A stretch of DNA of 32,000 nucleotides from Lachnospiraceae bacterium. Lineage in GTDB: Bacteria; Bacillota; Clostridia; Lachnospirales; Lachnospiraceae. The position numbers and the translations under genes are program-made. Each line of letters starts with the position of its first letter. The first letter of the stretch is position 1. The notes beneath the pieces were generated by a model. The model ran no database searches. It saw nothing but the letters and a program-made list of their open reading frames with translations, and was not told the origin of the DNA. Shown piece by piece: positions 17,250-23,679 of the stretch. The DNA is taken from contig JAFWLF010000093.1 in assembly GCA_017511185.1 (NCBI GenBank), positions 737-32,736 on the forward strand, in the 5' to 3' direction.

Positions 17250-18530
17250 TTAATTCAAAATCAAAAAAATTTCACCGTCTATAGAGATCTCAATCCGCTT
17301 CAGGATGCGGCTCCAGAAAGCCTTCTTCGCGTCTCTCGACAATCCCGTATACATCGCAAGGGAACCGGCAAGCTCCTCGATGTTGAGCGGGGTGCGGAGC
17401 GGGACGATGTCCGCCTCTGCAAGCTGCTCTTCCAGCGCTTTGTAATCTCTCTCATAGATTGCCCTGTCGATCAGGTCATCCAGATAAAGATCCTTCAGCT
17501 TCTCCATTTTGCGGCGGATCTTGTCCGGGTCCTTTTTCGGCGGGGCTTTTTTGTATATCTCGGCATTATATGCTTCCGCTGTATCGACCAGATGCTCCAG
17601 CAGAAAACTTTCGATCACATCCTCCCGGTTGTGCTTTTTCGCCTGGCATTTCATTTCCCCGTAATCGGAGCGGTTTGCACAGTAATAATAATTCGTGTTA
17701 TCCGGCCGGCTGGCCTTCATCCGCCTGCCGCATTCCCGGCAGTAAACCATGCCGCCGAAGAGATACACGATGCCGGTGCTCTTGTGCCTGACGGAGCGGG
17801 AATTGAGAATCTCCTGCGCTCTCCGGAAGGTCTCCTGGTCGATGATCCCCTCGTGCCATTCGCCGCCGAGATAACGCCTGTTCTGCAGCATCCGTTTCGT
17901 CGGCGTATAGGAATGGACGATCCCGTAGGTGTCGGCCATATAATCCCGGACTTTGAAGACGGATCGCAGCTCGATCAGCCTGCGGAACATATCCTGCACA
18001 ATCGGCGCCGTCTCCGGATCCGGCACCATGCGCTTGTCTGCGATCCTGTATCCGAGCGGGACCTTGCCGCTGCACAGTTCTCCTTTTGCCCGTTTCGCCT
18101 CGAAAACGAACCGGATCCTCTCACCGGTCCTCTCTGCCTCGTTCTGGGCAACGCTCAGCATGATGTTCACCTTGAAGCGCCCGCCGGCCGTGACCGTCTC
18201 GTAATCCTCCTGCGTGGCGATCCACGCGACACCGTGCGCGTCCAGAAGGTCCTGCACCTGATAGAACAGCTTCACCGACCGGAACCAGCGGTCAAGCCTG
18301 ATAAACAGGATCACGTCCACCCGGTCAAGCGCCTGCATGAGCTCTGTCATGGCAGGTCTTTTTTTATATCCCTTCTGCCCGGATATGCCCTCATCCAGGT
18401 ATTCGCCGACGATGACATATCCCTGCTCTTTCGCATACCGGCGCAGCGCCTCCAGCTGCGCACCGATGCTGTATCCGTGCCGCGCCTGCTCTTCCGTGCT
18501 GACGCGGCAATACAATGCTGCCCGTTTCAT
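17250..18530 (-). CDS. int: Large serine recombinase (phage integrase)
   Basis: N-terminal resolvase domain with YCRVSTEEQ, a recombinase domain, a Cys-rich zinc ribbon (CRECGRRM...YYCANR) and a C-terminal coiled coil. The ATG at 18530 follows GGAGG. Confidence 0.9.
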   Translation of the reverse strand: MKRAALYCRVSTEEQARHGYSIGAQLEALRRYAKEQGYVIVGEYLDEGISGQKGYKKRPAMTELMQALDRVDVILFIRLDRWFRSVKLFYQVQDLLDAHGVAWIATQEDYETVTAGGRFKVNIMLSVAQNEAERTGERIRFVFEAKRAKGELCSGKVPLGYRIADKRMVPDPETAPIVQDMFRRLIELRSVFKVRDYMADTYGIVHSYTPTKRMLQNRRYLGGEWHEGIIDQETFRRAQEILNSRSVRHKSTGIVYLFGGMVYCRECGRRMKASRPDNTNYYYCANRSDYGEMKCQAKKHNREDVIESFLLEHLVDTAEAYNAEIYKKAPPKKDPDKIRRKMEKLKDLYLDDLIDRAIYERDYKALEEQLAEADIVPLRTPLNIEELAGSLAMYTGLSRDAKKAFWSRILKRIEISIDGEIFLILN

Positions 18531-18595
18531 GATAACCTCCTTTTTTCCCAGCCACAAAGCGGGGGATTTTTATGCCCGTCTGTGAGAGAGAATTG

Positions 18596-19081
18596 TTATC
18601 TGCTTGGATCGTAGCGTGAGCAGGCTCGCTCAAGCTTTTTGAAATCACAGCAGATTTTCAAAAGAAACTTGTTTTTCTTGTTTACAACCTGAAAATATGT
18701 TTTTGAAGCATGCTCAAGGACATCGCCCTTATGCCTGTTAATAAATGACGCCTGACGCCTAAGTAGATCGGCGTACTGCGGATCTGGTTCTGCATTGATA
18801 TCAAAGCTTATCAGCGCGGAGTCCGGCACAGGAAGCATGTTGTTGAAACCGAGTAAACCAAGGGCACCGTTATCCAGCTTCATAATATGATGCCCGGCTT
18901 TAATGTTGATGTGATTTGGTTTCGGAGATTCCATCGGAACAAAGTATCGATAATCACCGACGAGAAGGACAACACCGACATATGGCCTGCGTCGGCCTTT
19001 GTTGTCCTGGACGCGTGGATCCTTAGTCCTTAGATAGCGGACGTAATGGTCGCTTAATCTGTAAATCTTTAATGATTCCAT
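18596..19081 (-). CDS. toxN: ToxN/AbiQ-family endoribonuclease toxin (type III toxin-antitoxin / abortive infection)
   Basis: MESLKIYRLSDHYVRYLRTKDPRV..RRPYVGVVLLVGDYRYFVPMESPKP.H...LGLLGFNNMLPVP...DINAE...YADLLRRQASFI follows the ToxN/AbiQ pattern. Tandem repeats and a terminator lie immediately upstream. GC looks lower than in neighbouring genes. Confidence 0.8.
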   Translation of the reverse strand: MESLKIYRLSDHYVRYLRTKDPRVQDNKGRRRPYVGVVLLVGDYRYFVPMESPKPNHINIKAGHHIMKLDNGALGLLGFNNMLPVPDSALISFDINAEPDPQYADLLRRQASFINRHKGDVLEHASKTYFQVVNKKNKFLLKICCDFKKLERACSRYDPSR

Positions 19082-19095
19082 CTTATCCCTTTCAC

Positions 19096-19131
19096 AAATA
19101 AAAGCAGGACAGACCATAAAGTCTATCCTGC
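19096..19131 (-). terminator. Intrinsic terminator between the repeat array and toxN
   Basis: On the minus-strand RNA this is an 11-bp stem (GCAGGAUAGAC / GUCUGUCCUGC, one G-U pair), a 6-nt loop, then UUUUAUUU. On the plus strand the same position is a C-A mismatch. Confidence 0.7.
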
Positions 19132-19238
19132 CTTTTTAAGCCCCTACTTACGGCAAGGGGTATCCGCTTTTTCAAGTCCCACCTTACGGCGTGGGCTTTC
19201 CGCTTTTTCAAGTCCCGTCTTACGGCGCGGGCTAACCG
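19132..19238 (-). ncRNA. toxI: ToxI-like antitoxin RNA array: three tandem repeats of 36, 36 and 35 nt
   Basis: Repeat boundaries are 19203-19238, 19167-19202 and 19132-19166. The minus-sense consensus is CGG..A..CCC..GCCGUAAG..GGG.CUU.AAAAAG. There are no spacers. The array sits directly upstream of toxN on the same strand. Confidence 0.7.
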
Positions 19239-19309
19239 CTTGGGGGGGTGGTGAATAACAACACAAGGCGAGTTATTAATTCACACTTGCAGATTACTCT
19301 GCGCAGGAT

Positions 19310-19338
19310 ATTGTATATGAAATTGTGTTTTTTTGCAA
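19310..19338 (-). promoter_or_regulatory. Sigma-70-type promoter for the repeat array and toxN
   Basis: On the minus strand: TTGCAA (19338-19333), a 17-nt spacer, then TACAAT (19315-19310). It lies about 65 nt upstream of the first repeat. Confidence 0.55.
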
Positions 19339-19446
19339 GACTATATGTAGAAAATATGGGATGAAGACCACCAAATAAGCATTTTCATAAGAAATTTTTA
19401 TGAATTTTTTTAGCCGCTTCGGCGGGGGATTATTTTATTTTCCGGA

Positions 19447-19851
19447 TCAGCCATTTGAAGCGGTCTGCCCTTTTTGGTACCGGCCGCCGGAGAGGAGATC
19501 CTCGGAATAGTCCAGAAGCTTTTCCTTGCCTTCCTGATTCAGATCCCGGTAGTTCCGGATCAGCGTCTGCTCGTTGTATGTGAGTTCCCATTCGCCGGTG
19601 GGGGATTTAAAACCAGCCGATGAATTGGAGGAAGGATTATCAGTATTCCCTATTATCCAGTTGGGATCGACTTGGAGAACACGAGCGATAGACTCAATAA
19701 CAGGTAGTTTTACCCTTTTGATAGTGCCTTTTTCATATCGTTGTACAGTAGATTTTGCAACTCCTATAGCAACTGCGACTTCATCCAGAGTTAAGCCTCT
19801 TTGATCTCTTGCACTGCTTATACGGCAACCTATATCATAATTTGAAAACAT
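19447..19851 (-). CDS. CI-like repressor (XRE-family HTH)
   Basis: The HTH is LTLDEVAVAIGVAKSTVQRYEKG. The ATG at 19851 follows GGAGGTG. It is divergent from a cro-like gene. Confidence 0.85.
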   Translation of the reverse strand: MFSNYDIGCRISSARDQRGLTLDEVAVAIGVAKSTVQRYEKGTIKRVKLPVIESIARVLQVDPNWIIGNTDNPSSNSSAGFKSPTGEWELTYNEQTLIRNYRDLNQEGKEKLLDYSEDLLSGGRYQKGQTASNG

Positions 19852-19872
19852 TATAATCACCTCCGCAGCGCT

Positions 19873-19984
19873 ATAATAACACATAAATTTGCACAGCGCA
19901 ATATTTTTATAATAAAAAATTGCACTGCGCTATTGACAATGGTCGGCGAGTGTGTTATCTTAAAGTAAAAGTTGCATAGCGCAA
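19873..19984. promoter_or_regulatory. Divergent promoter/operator switch region
   Basis: Rightward promoter: TTGACA (19933-19938), 17 nt, TGT-TATCTT (19956-19961). Leftward promoter: TTGCGC (19901-19896), 17 nt, TATTAT (19878-19873). Operator-like TTGCA-N3-CGCAA sites are at 19889-19901, 19920-19932 and 19972-19984. Confidence 0.65.
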
Positions 19985-20004
19985 CTACGAAAGGAGGGCA
20001 GAGG

Positions 20005-20220
20005 ATGCCAAACGTACAGCTTATAAAGGAACAGATGAAAGAAAAAGGCGTCACGCAAAAAGACCTTGCAGAGGCAATTGGGATTGCAGCTCCGACAGTT
20101 TCTCAGAAACTTAACGGGGTTCGACCACTTGATCTTGCAGAAGCAAGAATCATAGCTGATAAGCTTGGAATTGACGCTGGAGATTTCGGAAAATTCTTTT
20201 TTTCGTCGGATGTTGCGTAG
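20005..20220 (+). CDS. Cro-like / XRE-family HTH regulator
   Basis: The ATG at 20005 follows AAAGGAGGG. The HTH is VTQKDLAEAIGIAAPTVSQKLNG. The TTG start at 19972 in the track is rejected because it lies inside an operator and has no RBS. Confidence 0.85.
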   Translation: MPNVQLIKEQMKEKGVTQKDLAEAIGIAAPTVSQKLNGVRPLDLAEARIIADKLGIDAGDFGKFFFSSDVA

Positions 20221-20228
20221 CGCAACAA

Positions 20229-20279
20229 ATCTGTGGTATTTCTACCACAGATACCATGATTTGCCGTTGACAAATCATG
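20229..20279 (+). promoter_or_regulatory. Two adjacent perfect hairpins downstream of cro
   Basis: ATCTGTGGTA-tttc-TACCACAGAT (20229-20252) and CATGATTTG-ccgttga-CAAATCATG (20255-20279). Neither has a T-run. Confidence 0.5.
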
Positions 20280-20309
20280 ATGAAGCTTTGAGCGGGAGGA
20301 GGTGAACCA

Positions 20310-20519
20310 ATGGACCTGAAAGAGGAAATAAAAAAGCGACTGTCACAATACGAATTGGAGATGACAGAGGCTGAAAATCGTGAAGACTGGGAAGAGGCGG
20401 AAATGATCAGACGTGAGGTACAGGGTTATCGGCTCGGCCTCTCAATAGCAATCAACACCAAACTGATCAGGAGAGCGTTCAGCGGCACGATGTTTGACGC
20501 CCTGTATGAGGATCAGTAA
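20310..20519 (+). CDS. Hypothetical small acidic protein
   Basis: GGGAGGAGGTG RBS, 69 aa. Confidence 0.55.
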   Translation: MDLKEEIKKRLSQYELEMTEAENREDWEEAEMIRREVQGYRLGLSIAINTKLIRRAFSGTMFDALYEDQ

Positions 20520-20561
20520 AGCCATAAGCGGGCAGCATCATTGCTTTTTCAGGTTGGCAGC

Positions 20562-20583
20562 AAAAAACCGCCCTCACGGGCGG
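20562..20583 (-). terminator. Intrinsic terminator for the minus-strand gene 20603-20881
   Basis: On the minus strand: CCGCCC-gtga-GGGCGG followed by TTTTTT. Confidence 0.75.
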
Positions 20584-20602
20584 CAGCAGACTTTCGCCGA
20601 AT

Positions 20603-20881
20603 TTACGGAGTGCATACCGGGCATCGCTGCCCGGCAGGGCGATGATTCACCTCGGCGTCACAAAGTTTCTTAACGGAAAGACCTTCAAGAGCACTAACAA
20701 ATTCAGGAGCGAACTCAATCTTAGGCAAATCAAGAGCGGGAACGTGCAATGCTTTAACTGCTTCAGACATGGTTTCAGAGATTCCTGTTATCATGGTTGT
20801 TACTCCGCTGACGCGGGAGCAGGTCATTTCTGCCTGCTTCTTACGGTCGCCCGCAAGGCCAGACTGTGCCTTCATCCGCAT
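20603..20881 (-). CDS. Hypothetical 92-aa protein with a C-terminal CPVC; opposite strand to its neighbours, with its own promoter and terminator
   Basis: GGAG lies 6 nt before the ATG. A strong promoter lies upstream and a terminator downstream. The gene sits inside the inverted-repeat-bounded cassette. Confidence 0.55.
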   Translation of the reverse strand: MRMKAQSGLAGDRKKQAEMTCSRVSGVTTMITGISETMSEAVKALHVPALDLPKIEFAPEFVSALEGLSVKKLCDAEVNHRPAGQRCPVCTP

Positions 20882-20948
20882 GGGATGCTCCGTGTCCAGT
20901 CGTTACACCTTCCCGGGAGGGCTTGGCTCGGCGTTATCTGCGGGGGAC

Positions 20949-20978
20949 ATTTTAACAGAGCAGATCTGCAGCTGTCAA
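20949..20978 (-). promoter_or_regulatory. Strong sigma-70-type promoter reading leftward
   Basis: On the minus strand: TTGACA (20978-20973), 18 nt, TAAAAT (20954-20949). Confidence 0.6.
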
Positions 20979-21130
20979 TCTGAAAAAGCAATGATGCGAA
21001 AAACCGAAGCCATAAGCGGGCAAAAAAAGCGCCGCACCGGGACTGCCTTCCCGATACGGCAATATAAAGTTGAGGTGTTCCTTATGCAGGAACATCTGCA
21101 TTATAACACAAAAAGGGAGTATTTGCAAAT

Positions 21131-21340
21131 ATGATTACAGTCACCATCATGACAGACAGCCCGGAAGAGCTGACGGGGCTGCTGGATGCGCTGCGCAGGA
21201 CGGTCCGGGAAGAATGCCGGGACACGATCCTGGAACATGAGCGGGAACACTATGACGCGCTGCAGGAAGCGTTCAGGCGTCGAGCTGAAGAAGGCCGAGC
21301 TCGTCAAGAAGCCGCCCGGCAGTCCGAACAGAAGTCCTGA
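21131..21340 (+). CDS. Hypothetical helical protein; its 3' end overlaps a convergent ORF
   Basis: 69 aa with a weak RBS. It overlaps the gene at 21273-21485 (-) by 68 nt. Confidence 0.35.
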   Translation: MITVTIMTDSPEELTGLLDALRRTVREECRDTILEHEREHYDALQEAFRRRAEEGRARQEAARQSEQKS

Positions 21341-21485
21341 CGGTATCGGCAGCCGCTTCAGCAATGATATCTTCAGTCTTCATGGAGCGGTTATGCTGCA
21401 TAAGGGCGTTCATCCTGTCAAAAATGCCGTTTGTCGCTTCTTCAGCGACCTTGTCGAGAATCTTATCAAATTCATCACGGGTCAT
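21273..21485 (-). CDS. Hypothetical 70-aa protein
   Basis: A strong AAGGAGGG RBS lies 5 nt before the ATG at 21485. The product MTRDEFDKILDKVAEEATNGIF... looks like a real helical protein. The longer track ORF (to 21764) is rejected. Confidence 0.55.
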   Translation of the reverse strand: MTRDEFDKILDKVAEEATNGIFDRMNALMQHNRSMKTEDIIAEAAADTVRTSVRTAGRLLDELGLLQLDA

Positions 21486-21562
21486 GGCTTTGCCCTCCTT
21501 TTCATGATAACAGCAGTATACCACAGAGCGGGAGGGCAGGGCAACCCGAAAAGGAGAAAACC

Positions 21563-21724
21563 ATGGCGAAAACGGAATACCGCCTCGCGCCGGGATGCAA
21601 CCCGCAATGGGATATCCCGAAAATCTATGACATTCTGGCCGAGCTCTACAACAGGGAGCACGGCACTGACTATGAAATAATCTGTACAAAGAAGGAGAAA
21701 AACGATGCCAGGAAAGAAAACTGA
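21563..21724 (+). CDS. Hypothetical 53-aa protein
   Basis: AAAGGAGAAAACC precedes the ATG at 21563. Confidence 0.5.
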   Translation: MAKTEYRLAPGCNPQWDIPKIYDILAELYNREHGTDYEIICTKKEKNDARKEN

Positions 21725-21953
21725 GAAGCCGCAGCGGGATCATCTGGAAGACGAATGGTTCCACCTTCCGAAATGCATGGACTGCGGGAGAAGGATCCCC
21801 GGGGACACGAAGAACTACACCGTAAAATCCGCCATCGGATTCGGGACGTCGGTCGTCTGCCCGATCTGCGCATCAAAACCGGGTATCCGGCTGAAAACAC
21901 CGTATATCTCGTATGACGGGATGGAAGCGATCCGCCGGATGGGAGGTGACTGA
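21705..21953 (+). CDS. Small zinc-ribbon protein (CxxC...CxxC)
   Basis: AAGGAG RBS. Motifs are CMDCGRR ... CPICASK. Confidence 0.55.
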   Translation: MPGKKTEKPQRDHLEDEWFHLPKCMDCGRRIPGDTKNYTVKSAIGFGTSVVCPICASKPGIRLKTPYISYDGMEAIRRMGGD

Positions 21954-21955
21954 AA

Positions 21956-22204
21956 ATGCTGCCGAGATGGTTTTCTTCCCTGCTGATCTGGGACAAGATC
22001 CTGATCATCGTTTTCACCCTGTTTGCGGCCTTCCTGATCACGGCCATGATCATCATCAGCGCGCCGGAGCGCCGCCGCAAGCTGGAGCGGCTGCTCACGA
22101 AGTGGGTGATCCGCCTGGAAGAATTCAACGCAGCCATGCGGGACGACGAGGCCTTTGATCCGGAATGGATGGATGCGAAGAAATGGAGGCAGACGCGTCC
22201 GTGA
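21956..22204 (+). CDS. Small membrane protein (one TM helix)
   Basis: GGGAGG RBS. Hydrophobic segment ILIIVFTLFAAFLITAMIIIS. Confidence 0.55.
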   Translation: MLPRWFSSLLIWDKILIIVFTLFAAFLITAMIIISAPERRRKLERLLTKWVIRLEEFNAAMRDDEAFDPEWMDAKKWRQTRP

Positions 22205-22359
22205 AGAAAAAGAAAAGAAACGAGCTGACGGAGACGGTCACGCCGCTGAAAGGCGCGGCCTATGAAATGCAGCGGAAACACTGGGAGAAGCAGCTGCAGC
22301 CGAGGAAGATCCGCCAGAAGAAAAACAGAGAAACGAAAAAAGACAAGGAGGAACTGTGA
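22165..22359 (+). CDS. Hypothetical highly basic small protein; start uncertain
   Basis: 64 aa, Lys/Arg-rich, no clear RBS. Confidence 0.35.
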   Translation: MDGCEEMEADASVKKKKRNELTETVTPLKGAAYEMQRKHWEKQLQPRKIRQKKNRETKKDKEEL

Positions 22360-22466
22360 TGGTGCTGATCGCTTTGATAATCCTTGCGACGGCAGTGGCC
22401 AGTTATTTCATCGGGATCATGGTAGGCAGACGCATCGAGAGGATGAACCATGAGCGTTTTGATTAA
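22359..22466 (+). CDS. 35-aa single-TM peptide, absent from the ORF track
   Basis: AAGGAGGAACTGTG precedes the ATG. Translates as MVLIALIILATAVASYFIGIMVGRRIERMNHERFD. Confidence 0.45.
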   Translation: MVLIALIILATAVASYFIGIMVGRRIERMNHERFD

Positions 22467-22794
22467 AGGCATGGAGATGCCGAAAAGCTGTTTTTACTGC
22501 CCGTTTCGCAGGAAGATAAACCCCGATGACATTCAATGTCTTGTGACAAGGGATGTTTTTGAAGAGACATTTGCGGGAACAATCGAGATGCGAAAGAGAG
22601 GATTCTGTCCTCTCATCGAAATGCCACCGCATGGGAGATTGATTGATGCGAAGTACGTCAGAGATAAGATTATTCAAAAGTGGATGTATAAAGCAGACGA
22701 TTCCCATATGTACAAGCGTGGAATGGAAGATGCCTACGAGGTTATAAGGAACGCTCCAACCATCATCCCTGCGGATAAGGATGGTGAAACATGA
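22450..22794 (+). CDS. Cys-rich hypothetical protein, paralogue A (MSVLIKGMEMP family)
   Basis: Shares MSVLIKGMEMPxxCFxC, CPLIExPxHGRL and PT(I/V)IPAD with the gene at 23143-23475. Confidence 0.6.
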   Translation: MSVLIKGMEMPKSCFYCPFRRKINPDDIQCLVTRDVFEETFAGTIEMRKRGFCPLIEMPPHGRLIDAKYVRDKIIQKWMYKADDSHMYKRGMEDAYEVIRNAPTIIPADKDGET

Positions 22795-22955
22795 CGGAAA
22801 TAAAAATAAAGATTGACGATTATGGTTACGTATACGCAGAAATGCCAGATGGGACGATTCGTGAATTGATTACAATTGCAGATGAATTTGGTAATCCATA
22901 TTTCGGTAAGATTAAGCTTGGGAAAGAATTCGAAGCAGAGGAGGACGAGACATGA
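22791..22955 (+). CDS. Hypothetical 54-aa acidic protein, absent from the ORF track
   Basis: ATGA start-stop overlaps at both ends. Confidence 0.45.
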   Translation: MTEIKIKIDDYGYVYAEMPDGTIRELITIADEFGNPYFGKIKLGKEFEAEEDET

Positions 22956-23146
22956 GCGTAAGAGGGGCAACAACTGCAAAAGAACGTCAGTTATATTACT
23001 GGCGGCAAGAAATGGAGTCTACGCTCAGAAGAAGAAATGTTTATCCAAAAGACAGCGAAAAATGGAAAGAATGGAATAATCGTTATGAGAGTGCCGTTAG
23101 GACGTGGAATGAACTTACTGGAATGAAACTGGAGGCGATGAAATGA
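22952..23146 (+). CDS. Hypothetical small protein
   Basis: 64 aa, translationally coupled to both neighbours. Confidence 0.5.
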   Translation: MSVRGATTAKERQLYYWRQEMESTLRRRNVYPKDSEKWKEWNNRYESAVRTWNELTGMKLEAMK

Positions 23147-23475
23147 GCGTCTTAATCAAGGGCATGGAGATGCCACAGACCTGCTTTAAGTGCAAGTTGT
23201 CTCGGATTACACCAAGCATATATGCGTTCTGCCCTTTGAACGAGAAGTGCTACCCAGCAGATGAAACGCCACCATCTGACTGTCCTCTCATCGAAGTACC
23301 ACTGCATGGGCGGCTTGGTGATCTGGACAAACTGGAGCAGATGTTTGTTGACATTGACAATGCCCCATACAGTGGATTTGATGGGGAGGAGCCTTTTTAT
23401 TCCGCCGAGGATGCAGCGCTGATAATCAGATTGACTCCAACCGTCATCCCTGCCGATAATGAGTTAGGATGGTGA
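23143..23475 (+). CDS. Cys-rich hypothetical protein, paralogue B (MSVLIKGMEMP family)
   Basis: GGAGG RBS. The shared motifs are listed under paralogue A. Confidence 0.6.
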   Translation: MSVLIKGMEMPQTCFKCKLSRITPSIYAFCPLNEKCYPADETPPSDCPLIEVPLHGRLGDLDKLEQMFVDIDNAPYSGFDGEEPFYSAEDAALIIRLTPTVIPADNELGW

Positions 23476-23478
23476 AGC

Positions 23479-23679
23479 ATGATAATTGAAGACGGTAATT
23501 ATGCTCTGATGTATAACAGTGGGAAAAACCGTATAACCATCTTTCTTCCGCAAACAGCAGAGACAGCAGAAACTACAGCAGAACCGATTCAAGAAAGGAA
23601 AACAGAAGTGAAATCAGAGATGTTGGGATTCCTATTGCAGATGACAAAGTACATCTTTGAGAAAGAGGTAAAGGAATGA
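23479..23679 (+). CDS. Hypothetical small protein
   Basis: 66 aa, compact spacing to its neighbours. Confidence 0.45.
   Translation: MIIEDGNYALMYNSGKNRITIFLPQTAETAETTAEPIQERKTEVKSEMLGFLLQMTKYIFEKEVKE

Larger units (their letters stand above)
20519..21022. repeat. Cassette bounded by an 18-bp perfect inverted repeat and a 16-bp direct repeat
   Basis: Inverted repeat: GCATCATTGCTTTTTCAG (20535-20552) and CTGAAAAAGCAATGATGC (20980-20997). Direct repeat: AAGCCATAAGCGGGCA at 20519-20534 and 21007-21022. Confidence 0.85.

Noticed and set aside
17592-18614. 340-aa plus-strand ORF overlapping the serine integrase
   Set aside because: It is antisense to a gene with clear catalytic and zinc-ribbon motifs. 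The translation is Pro/Arg/His-rich with no motif and no RBS.
19132-19238. Possible CRISPR array, because of the 36-nt repeat length
   Set aside because: The repeats are directly contiguous with no spacers, and there are only three units. They sit between a promoter and a terminator immediately upstream of a ToxN-like gene. This is type III antitoxin architecture, not CRISPR.
19380-19446. Hairpins with T-runs on the plus strand (TTCATAA...TTATGAA plus TTTTTTT; CCGC-ttcg-GCGG plus T-rich) as terminators
   Set aside because: No plus-strand gene ends here. On the minus strand, downstream of the repressor, they lack U-tracts. The stems are short or AT-only, so no function is assigned.
19972-20004. 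TTG start at 19972 for the cro-like ORF, as given in the ORF track
   Set aside because: The TTG is part of an operator-like palindrome and has no RBS. The ATG at 20005 follows AAAGGAGGG at the correct spacing.
21273-21764. Full 163-aa minus-strand ORF from the track
   Set aside because: Only the last 70 codons have a strong RBS (AAGGAGGG) and protein-like composition. The upstream part overlaps better-supported plus-strand genes at 21563-21724 and is Cys/Pro/Arg-rich.
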